Source: Squalus acanthias (taxonomy: Eukaryota). Taken from it: DNA of 64,000 nt. Location: the NCBI GenBank assembly GCA_030390025.1, contig CM059433.1:25980001-26044000 (forward strand), written 5' to 3'. The notes beneath the pieces were generated by a model. That model was not told the DNA's origin. It made no database searches and saw only the letters and a list, made by a program, of their open reading frames with translations. Position numbers and translations under genes: made by a program. Below, piece by piece: positions 61,801 through 64,000 of this stretch. Position 1 is the first letter of the stretch. Every line of letters starts with the position of its first letter.

Positions 61801-63620
61801 CTACTTTTTGCCCTTCGAGGGTGATCTCATTCCCTTGCGCACTTCCCCCCTTCTAACCCTACTGCTCCTCCGTAATGGGACCTCAGTGGCTGCAGCAAGG
61901 CTGGTGGAAGGCTGCTGATTGTCAGACCCTGACACTGCAGATGCCCCTGAAGGACGGCCTCGACCAGTTCTGGGCCTGGAGGGCCCGGCTGCAGACTGCA
62001 CCAACTCTGCATGGGCGGCAGCAGTCTGTCCTACAGGCGGTGGCAAGTGCAGTGGAGAAGTGACAGTGTTGGCAGCAGGAATGCTGTCATCGTGAGAGAG
62101 GACAGCAACTCCCTGCTCGACCGACACACTGGCACTCCCACGGGGCAGCACTTCAGCATCCGGAGCAATCTGCTGGAGCACAGATTGCTGGCCTGCTGCG
62201 GCGCGGTGAGAGCCCCGGGGACATGTGAACGAACCATCGAGGTTGGCCTCAGTCAGTGCTCGCGTGGCCTCAATCTGAGTCTGCATGAGAGCAGTCAGAG
62301 ATGGGATCACGGCAGTCAGTGACTGAATTGCAGCACTAAGCTTTAGTGTGGCATCCGCCTGTGCTACAGCGAAGTGCTCCACACTCCTTGCCAGTGACTC
62401 AATGCATTCGGGCACCCTTCCCACTGCACCCATGAGCTCAGTGTGCATGCCCACCGCCTGTGTGTTCATTTCTGCGATCAGCCGCTCCTCCTCTGCGTCC
62501 ATTGCAGTAGGAGTCGCTGGCATACTCTCCCTCTGGGGAGAAGGCCCCCGTTCTTCCCTACCCCCATGGCGTTGCTGCAGCCCGCTGGGTCCTGGAGCTT
62601 CACCCTCATCAGACCCTTCCCCCCTGCTCCCCTCCAGGGAAGGCGTGTTCCCAGTGTGGGCATGGGCTTCCTCGGGAGAGGGTGGCACTGATGCTCCGGC
62701 TTCCTCTTCCTCCTCGGCTGCAGCTTCACTCCCACTGGCAGCTTCAGGGCCCGTCTCCTCAGCTGGTGAATCACCATCTGAAAGCAGGGAGGTACAAGAG
62801 TGGCTTTAGCGTGAGGACAGGGTGGCAGTAAGGGAGGAATAAGTGCAGCGAGTTAGCAAGTTGGATTGAAAGTGTCAAAGGCTGGTGTTGTGAGGGACAA
62901 GTGGAAGGACAGAGGACAAAAAGGTGATGACCTTACCATTGCTGTCCAGAACGGGGTCGGCGTCTCCAGTGGCGACGGGACCGATCACCTGGCTTGCCAA
63001 AATCCTGTGGACGCGCTCCTCAAGATCGCTGAGGGGTTGCAGCTGAGGCCGCCCTCCACCTGTCCGTTGCTGCTGTCTCCTATTATGCGCCAGCTTGGCC
63101 TGCAAGCAAAAGGACAGCATCTGAGTAAATATACAGCCATGGTCTTGCCTGATGTGCCTCCCATAGGTGAATAGCCCTTACTGTATGCAGCCATGGTCTT
63201 GCCTGATGTGCCTCCCATAGGTGAATAGCCCTTACTGTATGCAAAGTGTGGAATGTGTGTGTGTGTTTCATGAAAGGGTCATAGGTGTTGGATGAGTGTT
63301 GTGCATTGGGGTTTTAAGACCCTCTGGCCATAGAGTGAGGTTGAGATGGAGGGATGGAGAGGTATTGAGAAAAAGCCACTCACCCTGACGACCCGAGTGA
63401 GGTCGTTGAACTTTTTGCGGAATTGAACATGGGTCCTGGGCACCATGCTCCTGGAGGAGACGCTCTGAGCCACCTCCCTCCACACTCTTCTGTACTCGCG
63501 TGGCAAAGGCCTCCTGCCACTCTCAGGGAAGAGTATAGATCTTCTGCGCTCCACCGCGCCAACCAGAGAATCCAAGGCCCGCTCGGTGAAGCGCTGAGCT
63601 CGTTCTCTCACCCTCTCCAT
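61801..63620 (-). CDS. Myb/SANT-like DNA-binding partner protein, 458 aa; exons 63620-63384, 63099-62937, 62777-61801
   Basis: Canonical GTGAGT and GTAAG donors and CAG acceptors; 237+163+977 = 1377 nt in frame; RAQRFTERALDSLV...W.EVA...RKKFNDL Myb-like domain; basic C-terminus. Confidence 0.88.
63134..63241. repeat. Perfect 54-bp tandem duplication in intron 1 of the Myb gene
   Basis: CAGCCATGGTCTTGCCTGATGTGCCTCCCATAGGTGAATAGCCCTTACTGTATG twice. Confidence 0.9.
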
Positions 63621-64000
63621 CCTTGGCAGCAAAATGGATTCACAGGTCTCTCCAGGCCGAGATTCAAGGCTGCAATGAGCAGGGTGTGGCTGGGGAGCAA
63701 GTTGCCCCCCCCCCCTTTAAGAACTGGCCGGCGCCAGTGTGTCTGTGTTCCCTCGCTAACTGGCAGCACCTGCGCTGCGCTCGCGCGCTGAGTTAGCGCC
63801 TCACTGCTCGGCCTTTGCGCCTTAAGACAGGTGTGCAGTGCCTGATTTAGAGCTCCACTCACCTCCCGGGATGGTAAAAGTGAAGTTTGCAGTCAGTGGC
63901 GATAATTAGCGCCAGGCGCTAATTTTTGCGTCCAGACGATATTTGCGCCCCAAATGGGGCACGACCTAATTTTTCCCCCATAGGGTTTAATGAGAGGGAG

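Larger units (their letters stand above)
59815..63979. mobile_element. Harbinger element 5, apparently intact and autonomous (4165 bp)
   Basis: Perfect 12-bp TIR GGGGGAAAAATT, ATA TSD (59812-59814, 63980-63982), two uninterrupted convergent genes. Confidence 0.95.

Noticed and set aside
61801..63620. Host NAIF1/MSANTD gene
   Set aside because: Same transposon context; only the Myb-like domain is similar.

Overview
Eukaryotic, repeat-dominated vertebrate DNA. The repeat inventory (CR1, L2 and RTE LINEs, tRNA-headed Deu-type SINEs, Penelope-derived short repeats) points to a cartilaginous fish, probably a shark; this is inference. No host protein-coding gene can be identified with confidence, only two weak candidate exons at about 46.2 kb and 53.4 kb. 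The dominant feature is a dense set of PIF/Harbinger DNA transposons. Five divergent two-gene elements each pair a HARBI1-like DDE transposase with a convergently transcribed 3-exon Myb/SANT-like partner gene, and there are also deletion derivatives and MITEs. The copy at 59815-63979 looks fully intact: 12-bp perfect TIRs, an ATA target-site duplication inside a CR1 ORF, a 386-aa transposase with its D-D-E motifs, and a spliceable 458-aa Myb partner with a long conserved C-terminal region of unknown function. Also present are a solo LTR with a 5-bp TSD, Penelope-like short elements carrying a minimal hammerhead ribozyme core, a 16-bp minisatellite, and a complex RTE micro-insertion that captured nearby DNA. 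Coordinates of decayed repeats are approximate.
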